Origin: an uncultured Pseudomonadales bacterium
GTDB lineage: Bacteria > Patescibacteriota > Microgenomatia > UBA1400 > PJMF01
Length of the DNA: 64,000 nucleotides
Reading direction: 5' to 3'
Assembly (NCBI GenBank): GCA_964556485.1
Contig: CAZKVV010000004.1
Location: 57,618 to 121,617, forward strand
The notes under the pieces are model-generated. The model ran no database searches. It was not told the origin of the DNA and worked only from the letters and a program-made list of their open reading frames with translations. This document shows positions 37,951 through 48,421 of the stretch, piece by piece (positions within the stretch are counted from its first letter, which is position 1; every line of letters begins with the position of its first letter). The translations under genes were made by a program, and so were the position numbers.

Positions 37951-39420
37951 ATGAAGCCTTCAAGATTAGTTGCCGTTTTACTTTTTTTTGCAGCAAGTTT
38001 TGTATTTCTGTATCGTTTGGATTACACATCGTTGCAGAGTTTTGATGAGGCATGGTATGCCGTTATTGCGCGTGAGGTTTCACTGAAGGCAAACATACTT
38101 GAGCTTCACTACAATGGGGTTCGCTTTACCGACCATCCACCATTACTCTTTTGGATTATGTCTATTTCGCAAGCAGTATTTAGCAACTATTTCTCTCCAG
38201 AATTTGCTGCCAGATTTCCTTCTGCTGTAATGGGAATTGCTACAGTGCTTCTTGTGTACAAAATGGGTTTGCAGCTTTCCAAAAAATGGTGGGTAGGATT
38301 AGTTGCTTCACTTTTTTTACTTACTTCACTATGGTTTTTATTACGTGCTAAATCTGGAAACTTAGATGTTCCTGTAGTCTTTTTTATGACACTGACAATG
38401 TACTTTGGTCAACAAATACAGATTTTATTGCAAGAAAAAAAACAGCATCTTGCAGTGCAACAATTACTTCCGCTTACAGTTTCTTTTAGTTTGCTTTTAA
38501 TATCAAAAGCTGTTGTTGGGCTTACTTTGATCCCTGCACTTATTGTTGTACTGTTTCCATTATTGTCACAGCTAAAAAATGAAAAAATGAGAAAAGCATT
38601 TCTGCTTTCAGCACTTACTATGGCTGTAATTGTTGCACCTTGGTATGTCTATAATGCCGTTTTAGATTCGAACTTTTTATATCATCATTTTGTTGAGATT
38701 GGTTTGAGAGGTGTTGCTGGATCATCAACTCAGCAATTTGCACTATGGCAAAATCTACTCTATCTGCGCAGCGGCATTGGTGTGTGGTATTGGCCATCAG
38801 TTTTTGGAGTAATTGCTAGTACTTTTGCTATTTGTATAGTAAAAGAGTACCGGCAAAAGGTACTCCCACTATTTTTGTGGTTTCTCATTCCTGCACTATT
38901 GCTGTTATTAAATGCAAAAACACAGATATGGCATTTGCTTCCGCTTTATGTTCCATTGTTTTTAGTAACGAGTTTTACATTAACAGAAGCTATACATTTG
39001 GTAGCATCAAAACTTAAACTTCCTAAGAGATTCAGCATACTACTGCAACTTTTGTTTACCCTATGCGTGTTGCTTTTAGCTAGTAATCAAACAAGAAAAA
39101 GTTTTTCATTGTTCATGCCATCAGTTGTTTCTAAACAGCCTGAGGCGGTACTAGGTGCCCTTGCAAAAGACATTCCAGGAGAACTCTATGTTCTTACTGG
39201 TGAAGGTCCTTCTGCATCTTTTTATGCTGGCAGGAAGGTAACTCCAATTGGTATTCGTCCTAATGCTTATCAGGAAATGGTTGCAATTATGTCATCAGAT
39301 CAAACTGCATTATTCATGGTGCTGGGTGAGCATCTCAATCAGTTCGCTGTAGATGGCGTTGCTTTTGAGACAGTGCATGCTACTCCGTTGCTCACATTAG
39401 TCAGAGGAGTTTCACCTTGA
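37951..39420 (+). CDS. ArnT/PMT-family GT-C glycosyltransferase
   Basis: FDEAWYA, DHPPL, ARFPSA motifs, many TM helices. Confidence 0.9.
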   Translation: MKPSRLVAVLLFFAASFVFLYRLDYTSLQSFDEAWYAVIAREVSLKANILELHYNGVRFTDHPPLLFWIMSISQAVFSNYFSPEFAARFPSAVMGIATVLLVYKMGLQLSKKWWVGLVASLFLLTSLWFLLRAKSGNLDVPVVFFMTLTMYFGQQIQILLQEKKQHLAVQQLLPLTVSFSLLLISKAVVGLTLIPALIVVLFPLLSQLKNEKMRKAFLLSALTMAVIVAPWYVYNAVLDSNFLYHHFVEIGLRGVAGSSTQQFALWQNLLYLRSGIGVWYWPSVFGVIASTFAICIVKEYRQKVLPLFLWFLIPALLLLLNAKTQIWHLLPLYVPLFLVTSFTLTEAIHLVASKLKLPKRFSILLQLLFTLCVLLLASNQTRKSFSLFMPSVVSKQPEAVLGALAKDIPGELYVLTGEGPSASFYAGRKVTPIGIRPNAYQEMVAIMSSDQTALFMVLGEHLNQFAVDGVAFETVHATPLLTLVRGVSP

Positions 39421-39437
39421 TATTTCAAAAAAATATT

Positions 39438-40352
39438 TTAGAACGACAACTGAAAAAGTTTGCCGTATGTTTCGTCATACCTATCTGGAGAATGAATATC
39501 TAAACCAGCGTTTGGGGTAAAGGTTAATTCACCAAAGTATATTTTTCCATCAACATTGTAGAGATCAACCCGTACATAGGGGAATGGGGCAGCAAGTTTT
39601 TCAACAATCGCTATCATTTGCTCGAAGTTTTTTGGCTTTGCAACAATTGCTGCTGGCGCAGGTTTTCCATCTCTACTATTCAAGTAGTTACAGGGTGCTA
39701 ACTGCCAGTCCAGTGTGTATGAACTTTTTTTAATTTCCGTACTTCTTCCAACCATAACTCTAACAAATGCAGGTTTGCCAGCAAAACAATGGAATTTGTA
39801 ATCGGTTAAACCTTCAGAATTGCCTATGTATTCTTCACAAACAATACGTGGCTGCATCTTTCTGTATTGGCGTTCAGCAAAGTGCTCATAGAATGAACTG
39901 GATAGCCAAGTTGTTAGTTTTTCTTTTTGTGCATCCCAGTCCATTTTGGCTTTATCTGCGCAAATGACATTCCAGTTTGAGCCATGGGTACACTTTAAGA
40001 CAAATGAATTGGGTAATTTATAGAGGTTAATCTCTGTTGGAGATGCGTATACACCAAGTAAAGGGATGAGATACTCTTTACCTATGGTTTTGGTGACATA
40101 CTCTCGCACTTGATACTTATCAGCAAATTGGGTGACTTGTTCCGCCTTTACTGACATCTTAAAAAGATGCATTTTTTCAGAAAATCGTGTTGGATTTTTC
40201 CAGTTTAGTTTCCTGCCAAATCGGTGAAGATACAAGGTAAATGCTTGTTTAACTAACTTAGCATGTTTGATTGTGGCTGGAATGGATGCGAGGTATAGAT
40301 ACTTTGAGTCTAAGACTACCAAGATAGAGAGGATTTGCTTTAGAATAGACAT
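39438..40352 (-). CDS. TupA-like ATP-grasp amidoligase
   Basis: NPTRFSEK, ADKYQVR, LKCTHGS, DYKFHCF, YVRVDLY, GELTFTP; start uncertain. Confidence 0.88.
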   Translation of the reverse strand: MSILKQILSILVVLDSKYLYLASIPATIKHAKLVKQAFTLYLHRFGRKLNWKNPTRFSEKMHLFKMSVKAEQVTQFADKYQVREYVTKTIGKEYLIPLLGVYASPTEINLYKLPNSFVLKCTHGSNWNVICADKAKMDWDAQKEKLTTWLSSSFYEHFAERQYRKMQPRIVCEEYIGNSEGLTDYKFHCFAGKPAFVRVMVGRSTEIKKSSYTLDWQLAPCNYLNSRDGKPAPAAIVAKPKNFEQMIAIVEKLAAPFPYVRVDLYNVDGKIYFGELTFTPNAGLDIHSPDRYDETYGKLFQLSF

Positions 40353-40353
40353 A

Positions 40354-41538
40354 ATGAGTAACAGGAATCCAAAAGTCCTTTTCTTTTTCCACACCAATGA
40401 GCTTGGTGGTGCTGAGAAATCTGCACTCACTATTATACAAGAGTGCAGCGCAAAAGGGTTTAGCGTCGAAGCGGTTGTGCCAAGTAATGGTGCGCTTAAG
40501 GAAGAGTTAACAAAACTGACCACCAAAGTAAGCGTAGTTAATTATCGATGGTGGTGTTCTGTAAATAGTAACGTCACTTGGTATCGGTATTGGGAAATGC
40601 TTTTTTCATTTTGGAATATTTTGTTATTTTGGATTACCAATCTCCGTAGCCGTCCAGATGTTGTTGTGACAAATACACTCACGATTCCATGGGGAATTGT
40701 GTATAGCAAACTAGCAGGCAGACCTCATATTCAGTTAATTAGAGAGTTTGGGTCGCTTGATTTTGGTTTCCATTTTATTTTAGGGTATACGCTATCAATG
40801 CATATTTTGGGCGCATGTTCTCACTATGTTTTCACAAACTCATTGACCATGAGTGAATTCTATAAATCATATATTGATGCACAAAAACTTGATTACATGT
40901 ATCCTACTATTTTTAAAAGTTGCGTGAGCAAAGCTAGAATTGGTAGAAACTATTTTAGGTCGAAAAAATCTTTGAAATTATTGGTGTTAGGAACAATTAT
41001 CGAAGCAAAAGGACAACTTGAAGCAGTGCGAGCATTAACTCACTTAGCTAAGCTAGGGTATACAGATATTGAATTGATTCTCGCCGGAAAAAGAAATTCA
41101 GAAGAGTATTCACACCAAATTCTTGCTGAAAGTGTTAGTAATCTGGATGCATTGCGAAACATTACCATATTGGAACACTTGGTCAATCCATTCAAGTTAC
41201 TCCGCGAAGCTGACGTGGTATTAATTTGTTCAAAAAATGAGGCATTTGGCAGGATTGCAGCTGAAGCTATGCTTTTTAATAAAGCAATTATTGCCAGCGA
41301 TTCTGGTGCCAATCGTGAGATTCTCGCAGATGGCAGGTGTGGTTTGCTCTATATTCCTGGTGATACTGAAGACTTGGCAGCAAAAATCAAAGCACTGCAT
41401 GATGATAGAAATGCACTACAACAACTTGGGGAAAAAGCATTCGACAACTACGTTCAAAAATTACAACCAAAAATGAACGCAAAGCCGCTTATATCTAGTG
41501 TGATGCAACTTGCTAATGCTCAATTTAGTGCTAATTAA
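40354..41538 (+). CDS. Glycosyltransferase family 4
   Basis: GGAEKS, KGQLEA, EAFGRIAAEAM. Confidence 0.9.
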   Translation: MSNRNPKVLFFFHTNELGGAEKSALTIIQECSAKGFSVEAVVPSNGALKEELTKLTTKVSVVNYRWWCSVNSNVTWYRYWEMLFSFWNILLFWITNLRSRPDVVVTNTLTIPWGIVYSKLAGRPHIQLIREFGSLDFGFHFILGYTLSMHILGACSHYVFTNSLTMSEFYKSYIDAQKLDYMYPTIFKSCVSKARIGRNYFRSKKSLKLLVLGTIIEAKGQLEAVRALTHLAKLGYTDIELILAGKRNSEEYSHQILAESVSNLDALRNITILEHLVNPFKLLREADVVLICSKNEAFGRIAAEAMLFNKAIIASDSGANREILADGRCGLLYIPGDTEDLAAKIKALHDDRNALQQLGEKAFDNYVQKLQPKMNAKPLISSVMQLANAQFSAN

Positions 41539-42245
41539 AGCGGATGCATAGTCGCGCAGCTGTTATTGTTAAGAGAATGAGTGTTGCCGAATAGTTGCTT
41601 TGTTGCGCAGTCTTGACCAGTTTGCATCGATTGACTTTGTTGAATCCAAGGCGACTTCGACCATGCCCATAGTCCTAGTGCGAGAAATACTACGATGAAA
41701 AGCTGCAACATTGTTACTTTTTGAATAGATTCTTTTTGGCGCACTTCACATACGCCACCAGGACAATATTTTGCTTTTTTTGAGTGTAATGCGTTGTAGA
41801 GCCAGCACCCAATGCATATGCCAAAAGCTGTTTCAAAAAAGAGAAAAAAGAGGCAAACGACACACATAACGCAAGTTAACAATGTTGCTTGATTCATGAT
41901 CACAAGGGTATAAAACATAAATAGAGACATCATGAAGCCTATAGTCCAAGCAAAACGTTTTTGGGGAGCACCTGTATACTCTACTTTTTGTCGCTGAACC
42001 ATCCATCTTCCCAGTATGAGGGATGGTGAATAGCGTGGACTAAGAAAAAGTCTAATTGAAAAATCAACCAAAAAACCTGAAATAAATACTTTAATAAAAA
42101 AATAATTGCCAACTAGCCAAACATTCATAAATGCAAAGATTGCAGCTAAAAATAGTAAGCCTGCTGCCGCTCTAGCCTCTCGTTCGTTTAGGACCCTAAC
42201 TTCATATCCGGGTACTTTTTCACCAAATCCAAAAAGAGTTTTCAT
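41535..42245 (-). CDS. DUF4395 domain membrane protein
   Basis: NEREARAAAG, QKRFAW, FETAFGICIGC, CPGGVC. Confidence 0.85.
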   Translation of the reverse strand: MKTLFGFGEKVPGYEVRVLNEREARAAAGLLFLAAIFAFMNVWLVGNYFFIKVFISGFLVDFSIRLFLSPRYSPSLILGRWMVQRQKVEYTGAPQKRFAWTIGFMMSLFMFYTLVIMNQATLLTCVMCVVCLFFLFFETAFGICIGCWLYNALHSKKAKYCPGGVCEVRQKESIQKVTMLQLFIVVFLALGLWAWSKSPWIQQSQSMQTGQDCATKQLFGNTHSLNNNSCATMHPL

Positions 42246-42373
42246 ATAGTTTCTCCAAGCTTCAACATATCAAAATATTACTGTATTTCGTACATCAATC
42301 ATCAGTTTATTTTTGTTGGCAAGCAAGCATCAAAAGAGCTAGCGTTCAGTTTAAAATCATGTTATGACTCATG

Positions 42374-43423
42374 CTATTTAAGTAAGCTAAAGGCCATATA
42401 AAGTACGTAGAGTATATAAAGGCCAATCAACCCAAAGCCCGCATGTCTTCCAATGGTCCATTTGCGCGTGATAAGAATAAACAGTATTGCAACTACGGTG
42501 GCAAACAGTAAGAAAACACTACTGAGTAAATTGTCTGTGCCTACTTTGACAGTTTCGCCTTTAAGACTGAGAACAATAATCCAGGGTAGTCCTAAACCAA
42601 AGAGAATATCAAAAATATTTGAACCAACGGCATTGCTTACTGCCATATCTCCACGACCTTGTTTAGCAACTACAATTGAAGAAAGAAGGTCGGGAATGGA
42701 GGTTCCAGCAGCTAGAACGGTAAGTGCAATGAGTGTTGGGTTTATATTTAGGATTGTTCCAATTCCTACGGCAGACTCTACTAAGACGTAGCTTAATCCT
42801 GCTAAACCTAATATTGATACACCAAATGTTACAAGATATAAATGTGGTTTGGTTTGTGGGTCGGGAATAATGGAGCTAAGTAGTTGTTTTGAAAGCTTGG
42901 AGAGCTTATTTTTTTTCAATCCAGTTTCAAGTACTTCAATAGCATCGGCATCTTTGTAGGGTAGAATTTTTTTCCATTGTGTGACAGCAAAAATATAGAA
43001 TCCATACATACCTAGGAAGGATAGAGATTCGCCAATTGTAATCTGTCCATCCCAGAATGAAATCAACAACAGAATGATGGTAAAAATATAGAAAAGCATA
43101 TCTCTAATAACGGGTTGCCAAGTTAACTTTGCTTGCCTAAAGGTCGCTGCCGCACCAATGATTACTAATATATTAAAAATAGCTGAACCCACAATTGTTC
43201 CCGCACCGACATCTGCGTGATCACCTGCTTTAAGCACTGCGAATAGAGCAGTGAATAATTCAGGAGCACTTGACCCAACTGCCATAAAGGTTGCCCCAGC
43301 AACATCTGAAGGGAGTTTGAGTTTTGCTGAAATAATATCCAACGAAGACACGAAGAAATCTTCACAAATTACCGCGAGTAAATAAAATGCTACTATGAGG
43401 ACGAGGATGTATATAAAAATCAT
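42374..43423 (-). CDS. Calcium/sodium antiporter (CaCA family)
   Basis: Alpha repeats GSSAPE..GSAIFN and GTSIPD..GSNIFD. Confidence 0.93.
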   Translation of the reverse strand: MIFIYILVLIVAFYLLAVICEDFFVSSLDIISAKLKLPSDVAGATFMAVGSSAPELFTALFAVLKAGDHADVGAGTIVGSAIFNILVIIGAAATFRQAKLTWQPVIRDMLFYIFTIILLLISFWDGQITIGESLSFLGMYGFYIFAVTQWKKILPYKDADAIEVLETGLKKNKLSKLSKQLLSSIIPDPQTKPHLYLVTFGVSILGLAGLSYVLVESAVGIGTILNINPTLIALTVLAAGTSIPDLLSSIVVAKQGRGDMAVSNAVGSNIFDILFGLGLPWIIVLSLKGETVKVGTDNLLSSVFLLFATVVAILFILITRKWTIGRHAGFGLIGLYILYVLYMAFSLLK

Positions 43424-43430
43424 GTACTTA

Positions 43431-44177
43431 CTATAACACAAAAGACACTTCTTGTTTCCTCTCAGTCAGTAAAGATTTTGCTATTTGCTTACCAATGGTT
43501 GTCACAAAGTAGTCATCAAGGTCTACTTCAAGGCTTTCAAGATATGTTTGTGGAGAAATATTTTTTCTTACGGTATCTTGCCAAAAATTAAGGTGAGTAA
43601 ATGACCACAAATGATCAAGATCAGCAAGCAGCTGCACTTCTATTGGCATGGTATGTTGAATACCAGCAACTTCACTAGGTTTGTCATGAAATCGTATGGC
43701 TTTGCAGATAAGATCGATTTCAGGTTGTGATAATCCCAACGCTGACTGTTTTTCTGTAAGTATGGTCCTTGCTCTTTTTTCACCTAACACAGCATGTTTT
43801 TCTTTTGGTCCCATGGCTTTTTCGGTGAGGACAAGACCTGTTACGCCCAAACTAGCTGCTATTTCTTCTTGTGACATTTCACTCCATCCAGAGTCATGCA
43901 ACATCAGTGCATAGGCAAGTACGTTTCGATTTACCGTATTTCCTGCTGATTCTGCTTTATGAATAAACTCATCAAGATACTGCATACAAAATGCAGTATG
44001 AACATCAGTGGTTCGGGCAGACAAAAAAGGGAGTATTTCGGTGTAAAAATTTCTAAATTCTGCAGGAACAAAATCGAGATACTTTTCTTCCCAAGGAATA
44101 TAGAATAGGAAATGAAGATCTTCAGGTTTAAGGGTGGAATTTTCAGGTAGTTTAAGTTGAAAGTCTTGTATTAGCAT
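43431..44177 (-). CDS. HD domain protein
   Basis: H...LHDSGW...H...FHD...DLD pattern. Confidence 0.85.
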   Translation of the reverse strand: MLIQDFQLKLPENSTLKPEDLHFLFYIPWEEKYLDFVPAEFRNFYTEILPFLSARTTDVHTAFCMQYLDEFIHKAESAGNTVNRNVLAYALMLHDSGWSEMSQEEIAASLGVTGLVLTEKAMGPKEKHAVLGEKRARTILTEKQSALGLSQPEIDLICKAIRFHDKPSEVAGIQHTMPIEVQLLADLDHLWSFTHLNFWQDTVRKNISPQTYLESLEVDLDDYFVTTIGKQIAKSLLTERKQEVSFVL

Positions 44178-44207
44178 CGGATTGTGTGAAGTAAATATTT
44201 TTTAAGA

Positions 44208-45662
44208 TTAAAATGAAAATAAGTAAACAATCCACTCAGAGTCTTCAATGTACCAAGTTTGTAATAACTTTTCATATCTAAATCGTTCCATTTCTGGCGA
44301 AATATCGTTTCTTAAATTTTCTTCTGTCTGAGTAGAAACAACAAACAAATAGTTATTTGTGAAGTACTCATACTTACTTTTTAGTTGAACGCCCTTTATT
44401 TCTAACAGGCTTCTATATTTCCATCCATACCTATTTGGATCGGGACTACCAAGCACTGCAATATTTGCTCCTGAAATATTATTTTGGGTTACTTCGTGGT
44501 ACAGAATGTTGGTGATAGCATCAGCTGTTCTAATATTTGGTTGCCACATAGCTGGCATATATTTTTGGGTAGTGATTTGCGGAACAATACTCAACAATGA
44601 TCCATTTATGAGAATAAAAGTCGAGACAAGCACGATGTTAACTTTTATAATTTTTCTTGGTAAGTAAAGGTAGATAACAAAGAAAACTAATCCCGGTAAA
44701 AAGTAGTGGGTGTATGCATCTTTAATAAAAGTTACACCAAGTATTTGTAGGAACCATACGATGATAAACAACAAATGTTTTTTTGACTTCTTAAAGTCAA
44801 AGAGCATGAGTGCGAGTAAGTAGATAGCCAAAAGGGCTCCAGAAAAAGAAGGACCTGCGTAGTGACGGACGACGGTGTAAAAGTTATGAAAGAAATCAAA
44901 AATAAACGTCACAAGATTGCGATTAACATTGTTTTGTTGATACATCATCAAACGGCTAAAAAATAATCCAGGTGGATGGGTGAGATCAAATGCGATGAAG
45001 GGAAGTATTGCAAAAGCAAATCCTGGAACTAACCAAAGATACGTTTTGAAGTCTCTAGATTTGTATTTTTGTAGCAAGGTAAGAAATATAAATGCAGCAG
45101 TGGCAATAAAACTCAAATAATGATGATGTATTGATAAGCCTAAAAATAATCCAGATAAAAACAGGGTGAGTTTTGTTTTTCGCTGAAAGAAAAGCAGTCC
45201 TAAGGCAATCCAAATCAGCACCAGGTGTGGATTCCAAGCCCAGCGACTTGTTTCAATCAAAGGAAACCAAATTGCAGCAACCAGAGCAGCACCAAGCCAT
45301 GCTTTTTTATTTATTTTGGTGATGAGTACCACCAAGAACACAGCTGAGAGTAAGCCATAGACTGCAGCACCATATGTTGTTGAGACTGTACTAAACTTCC
45401 CAAGAACCGCAAAGGGCAGCAACATGTAGTACGTGAGTGAACTATATACTTTGTCACCTTCTTCGGAAATAGGACCGATTAAGGAAATTCTTTTTTCAGT
45501 ATAAAAAAGTTGTATTTGCCTTAAATCGTAGGCCTGATCCCAAAAAAAGGTTGCAGTAGTTTTAAGTGCATAAAATCGTGTGAAAATTGCCAAGCTAAGT
45601 ATGATGATTACTAACCAAAATTCAAACTTGGTGAGGATTTTTTTAACGTTTATTTTTTGCAT
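44208..45662 (-). CDS. ArnT/PMT-like GT-C glycosyltransferase
   Basis: FFWDQAYD, LIGP, SRWAWNP motifs, many TM helices. Confidence 0.8.
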   Translation of the reverse strand: MQKINVKKILTKFEFWLVIIILSLAIFTRFYALKTTATFFWDQAYDLRQIQLFYTEKRISLIGPISEEGDKVYSSLTYYMLLPFAVLGKFSTVSTTYGAAVYGLLSAVFLVVLITKINKKAWLGAALVAAIWFPLIETSRWAWNPHLVLIWIALGLLFFQRKTKLTLFLSGLFLGLSIHHHYLSFIATAAFIFLTLLQKYKSRDFKTYLWLVPGFAFAILPFIAFDLTHPPGLFFSRLMMYQQNNVNRNLVTFIFDFFHNFYTVVRHYAGPSFSGALLAIYLLALMLFDFKKSKKHLLFIIVWFLQILGVTFIKDAYTHYFLPGLVFFVIYLYLPRKIIKVNIVLVSTFILINGSLLSIVPQITTQKYMPAMWQPNIRTADAITNILYHEVTQNNISGANIAVLGSPDPNRYGWKYRSLLEIKGVQLKSKYEYFTNNYLFVVSTQTEENLRNDISPEMERFRYEKLLQTWYIEDSEWIVYLFSF

Positions 45663-45867
45663 CTTTTTACAAGTCAAATGTTAGACCAGCCACTTCAATC
45701 AATTTGAGATATTCAGTTAGATACGAAAATCCTAATATCTGCGCATGATTTGACATGCGTCTTGTTCCTACCCGCATTCTACTAGTATTGATTGCGCAAG
45801 ACTAGCTGAAAATTCCCCAATATTTTTATGAGTGCTATTTGAGTACAATAAGCTTGTGCCAATAGAT

Positions 45868-47019
45868 ATGCCAATACCCATCCCACCTGAAGATGAATTA
45901 CTTTATCGTTATTGGGATTTTTTTGGAAATAAGCCTATTGACCCAAGTAAAGAGGCTCAAAAAATTACTGTTGAGTTCTCTTTACAAGAAAAAGTGCTCT
46001 TAAAAGCACTGATTGCATATTTTGAAAACAGAGAAGAAAGAAAATCTGCTTTGAGTATAGTCATAGGGTATGATTTAGATTCTCAAGAGAGGACTCGTAC
46101 CCACGATGTTTCTAATGTGACTAATGAGAAAATTAATGAAATAGTTACTCATCATAAACAGAATCCAACTGAAGCAGCTCTTTTTTTAAGACAAGCTTTA
46201 ACAACTATTTTTAATGATCCCATGATTTCTTCCACTACAAAAAAAACAGATCGCTTAACTCGTTATTTGCAGTCCAGTTTAACCTTGCAAGTTAAGTTGG
46301 ATAGATTAAGCTTTTTGCCCAGTGACAAAGTGATAAACAAAGTGCCAAGCTATGTACCTGATGGTTTAAGTGATATGGGTGGGGATCCTACTATTAATCC
46401 ATCTGAAAGAGAACGGGAAAAAATCCGAGTTGATAAAGCTAAGATATTTTCTAAATACTCAGCTCAGCTTACTAAGCTTTATTTGGAAATCTCAAACTCT
46501 AAGTTGGATCCGGATGACTTGAAAATTCAAGGCTACATTGCTGAAAGAGTTTCTCATATGGTTTATGAAGCATTACCGTATGACCGACAGTGCAGAGCTG
46601 GAATTGAAGGTGCATTCTTAGGCAGATCAATAGGTGTTGATGATATCCATGATAAAAAAATGGCAGTATGTAGACATCATGCCCTTGAAACCCAAGTGTT
46701 GCTTCAGGCTATGGGAATTCAAGCTCAGCTCTTTAAATGTAATGTGCAATTTGGAAATGGTCGATTTGGAGGTCATGCTGCAAATTTGGTAGAACTAGAT
46801 GGTGAATGGTTTATTTTAGATACAACCAATCCTGAAGCGATTGATCGTAGTGCAAAAGTGTATTTGAAAAAAATAGATGGCGTTACACAAAATCCTTATA
46901 GCGATGGCGAGGAACACACCTATGTAATGGATCAAAACTCAGATGCGCAGAGAACATACGTGTTGAGGGATAAAATGTATTACAGAGTTCGTGATAATAA
47001 AAATAATAGATTAAATTAA
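45868..47019 (+). CDS. Hypothetical protein with C-terminal transglutaminase/papain-like Cys-His-Asp domain
   Basis: VCRHHAL, GGHAANLV, WFILDTTNP. Confidence 0.7.
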   Translation: MPIPIPPEDELLYRYWDFFGNKPIDPSKEAQKITVEFSLQEKVLLKALIAYFENREERKSALSIVIGYDLDSQERTRTHDVSNVTNEKINEIVTHHKQNPTEAALFLRQALTTIFNDPMISSTTKKTDRLTRYLQSSLTLQVKLDRLSFLPSDKVINKVPSYVPDGLSDMGGDPTINPSEREREKIRVDKAKIFSKYSAQLTKLYLEISNSKLDPDDLKIQGYIAERVSHMVYEALPYDRQCRAGIEGAFLGRSIGVDDIHDKKMAVCRHHALETQVLLQAMGIQAQLFKCNVQFGNGRFGGHAANLVELDGEWFILDTTNPEAIDRSAKVYLKKIDGVTQNPYSDGEEHTYVMDQNSDAQRTYVLRDKMYYRVRDNKNNRLN

Positions 47020-47020
47020 C

Positions 47021-47239
47021 ATGAGAAATTTTCAAACCGGTATCTATCAACACTACAAAGGCAACAAGTATATAGTGCTTGGTGTTGCAAAACATAGTGA
47101 AACTCTTGAAGAGTTAGTGGTATATGTGACTTTATATGAAAATGAAGAGAGTAGCATTTGGGTTCGACCCTTAGCAATGTTTACTGAGAATGTGGTTGTT
47201 GATGGGAATAGTGTGCCAAGGTTTAAAAAGGTTGACTAA
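47021..47239 (+). CDS. DUF1653 domain protein
   Basis: YQHYKG, HSETLE, WVRPLAMF, PRF. Confidence 0.92.
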   Translation: MRNFQTGIYQHYKGNKYIVLGVAKHSETLEELVVYVTLYENEESSIWVRPLAMFTENVVVDGNSVPRFKKVD

Positions 47240-47242
47240 TAT

Positions 47243-47626
47243 ATGACAGGTTATCTACAAAACATCGAAGAAATTACACTGAAAAATGAGGCTTTCCGCC
47301 AGGTCTTATTCACCAGTCAACATGCGCAACTGGTAGTTATGTCACTAAAACCAAATGAAGAAATTGGCACTGAAACTCACGAAATTGTTGATCAATTTTT
47401 TAGAATTGAATCTGGTGAGGGCAAAGTCATTATGAATGGTGAGGTTCAGCTAATTAAAGACGGTGATGCGATAGTAGTGCCTGCTGGCATTCAGCATAAT
47501 GTCATTAATACTTCTTCAGAAAATCCACTTAAACTGTATACCGTTTATTCACCTCCTCACCACAAAGATGGAACGGTTCATGCGACAAAAGCTGAGGCAG
47601 AGTCTGACACAGCGGATCACATTTAA
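47243..47626 (+). CDS. Cupin domain protein
   Basis: QLVVMSL, EIGTETH, DQFFRIE, PAG..HNV, YSPPHH. Confidence 0.92.
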   Translation: MTGYLQNIEEITLKNEAFRQVLFTSQHAQLVVMSLKPNEEIGTETHEIVDQFFRIESGEGKVIMNGEVQLIKDGDAIVVPAGIQHNVINTSSENPLKLYTVYSPPHHKDGTVHATKAEAESDTADHI

Positions 47627-47641
47627 AGGTTTTTCACCTAT

Positions 47642-47839
47642 TTATCTTTTGATGCGATGGCAGTTTCTTGCGCCCATATAGCTCATGAATGCTAGAGCTA
47701 CGCCAGTAATGAGTAGTCCTAACGGTTGAGACATCATTTCCATGAAAGGTGTATCTTGCTTAAAAACTAAGTGAAATACAACTGAAAGAGGGAACATCCA
47801 CCACAGCCATGCTTTCCAAGAAGTCTGTGTAATATCCAT
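47642..47839 (-). CDS. Small two-TM hypothetical protein
   Basis: Hydrophobic ORF co-oriented with neighbour. Confidence 0.5.
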   Translation of the reverse strand: MDITQTSWKAWLWWMFPLSVVFHLVFKQDTPFMEMMSQPLGLLITGVALAFMSYMGARNCHRIKR

Positions 47840-47857
47840 TCTTACACCGTACACCCA

Positions 47858-48220
47858 TTAGGTATTCTTTTTATGGCCAATGAGCAAAGGTAATCCGAAT
47901 GTTAGTCCGTAATAAAAATATACAGCTGGTTTGTAATAACCAACTGGATTCAATAGTTTTACGATAAAGAAGTAGTCAAGTACGACCGCCATTACTGTCC
48001 ACACGATTGCTATAAGTAAGTATTGTTTTAGTTGATACTTTGTAACTTTTTTTAGTAAAACGTAGCTAGTAAGTGCAGTACCAATTGGAGCAATAATCCA
48101 GCCGATCATTGATGGTGGGACTATGAAGAATAAAATGAAACTTACCACATAGCCAAAAAGCCATAAAATAAAACCCCATATAAAAGCATCCTTTAACAGG
48201 GTTTTTTTGTTTCCTTGCAT
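47858..48220 (-). CDS. Four-TM hypothetical membrane protein
   Basis: Hydrophobic pattern, LDY and YY motifs. Confidence 0.7.
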   Translation of the reverse strand: MQGNKKTLLKDAFIWGFILWLFGYVVSFILFFIVPPSMIGWIIAPIGTALTSYVLLKKVTKYQLKQYLLIAIVWTVMAVVLDYFFIVKLLNPVGYYKPAVYFYYGLTFGLPLLIGHKKNT

Positions 48221-48421
48221 CAAAAATAACTATATGATTTTTTAGTGTAGTTGTCTACATTGTGACGGTAAGCAATTAGTGCTGTTCATTAATATATCTT
48301 AGCAGGCGCCTACTCTGATGAACAAAATTTTGAATTTTTGCAAAGCTTATCAGACTATTTAAATTAAGAATAATTAAGTGTATTATTTATACAGCCTGTA
48401 TAAAATATTGCGAGGAAAAAT

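Noticed and set aside
40267-40526. 260-bp overlap between TupA-like and GT4 ORFs
   Set aside because: Removed by using ATG 40352 and ATG 40354
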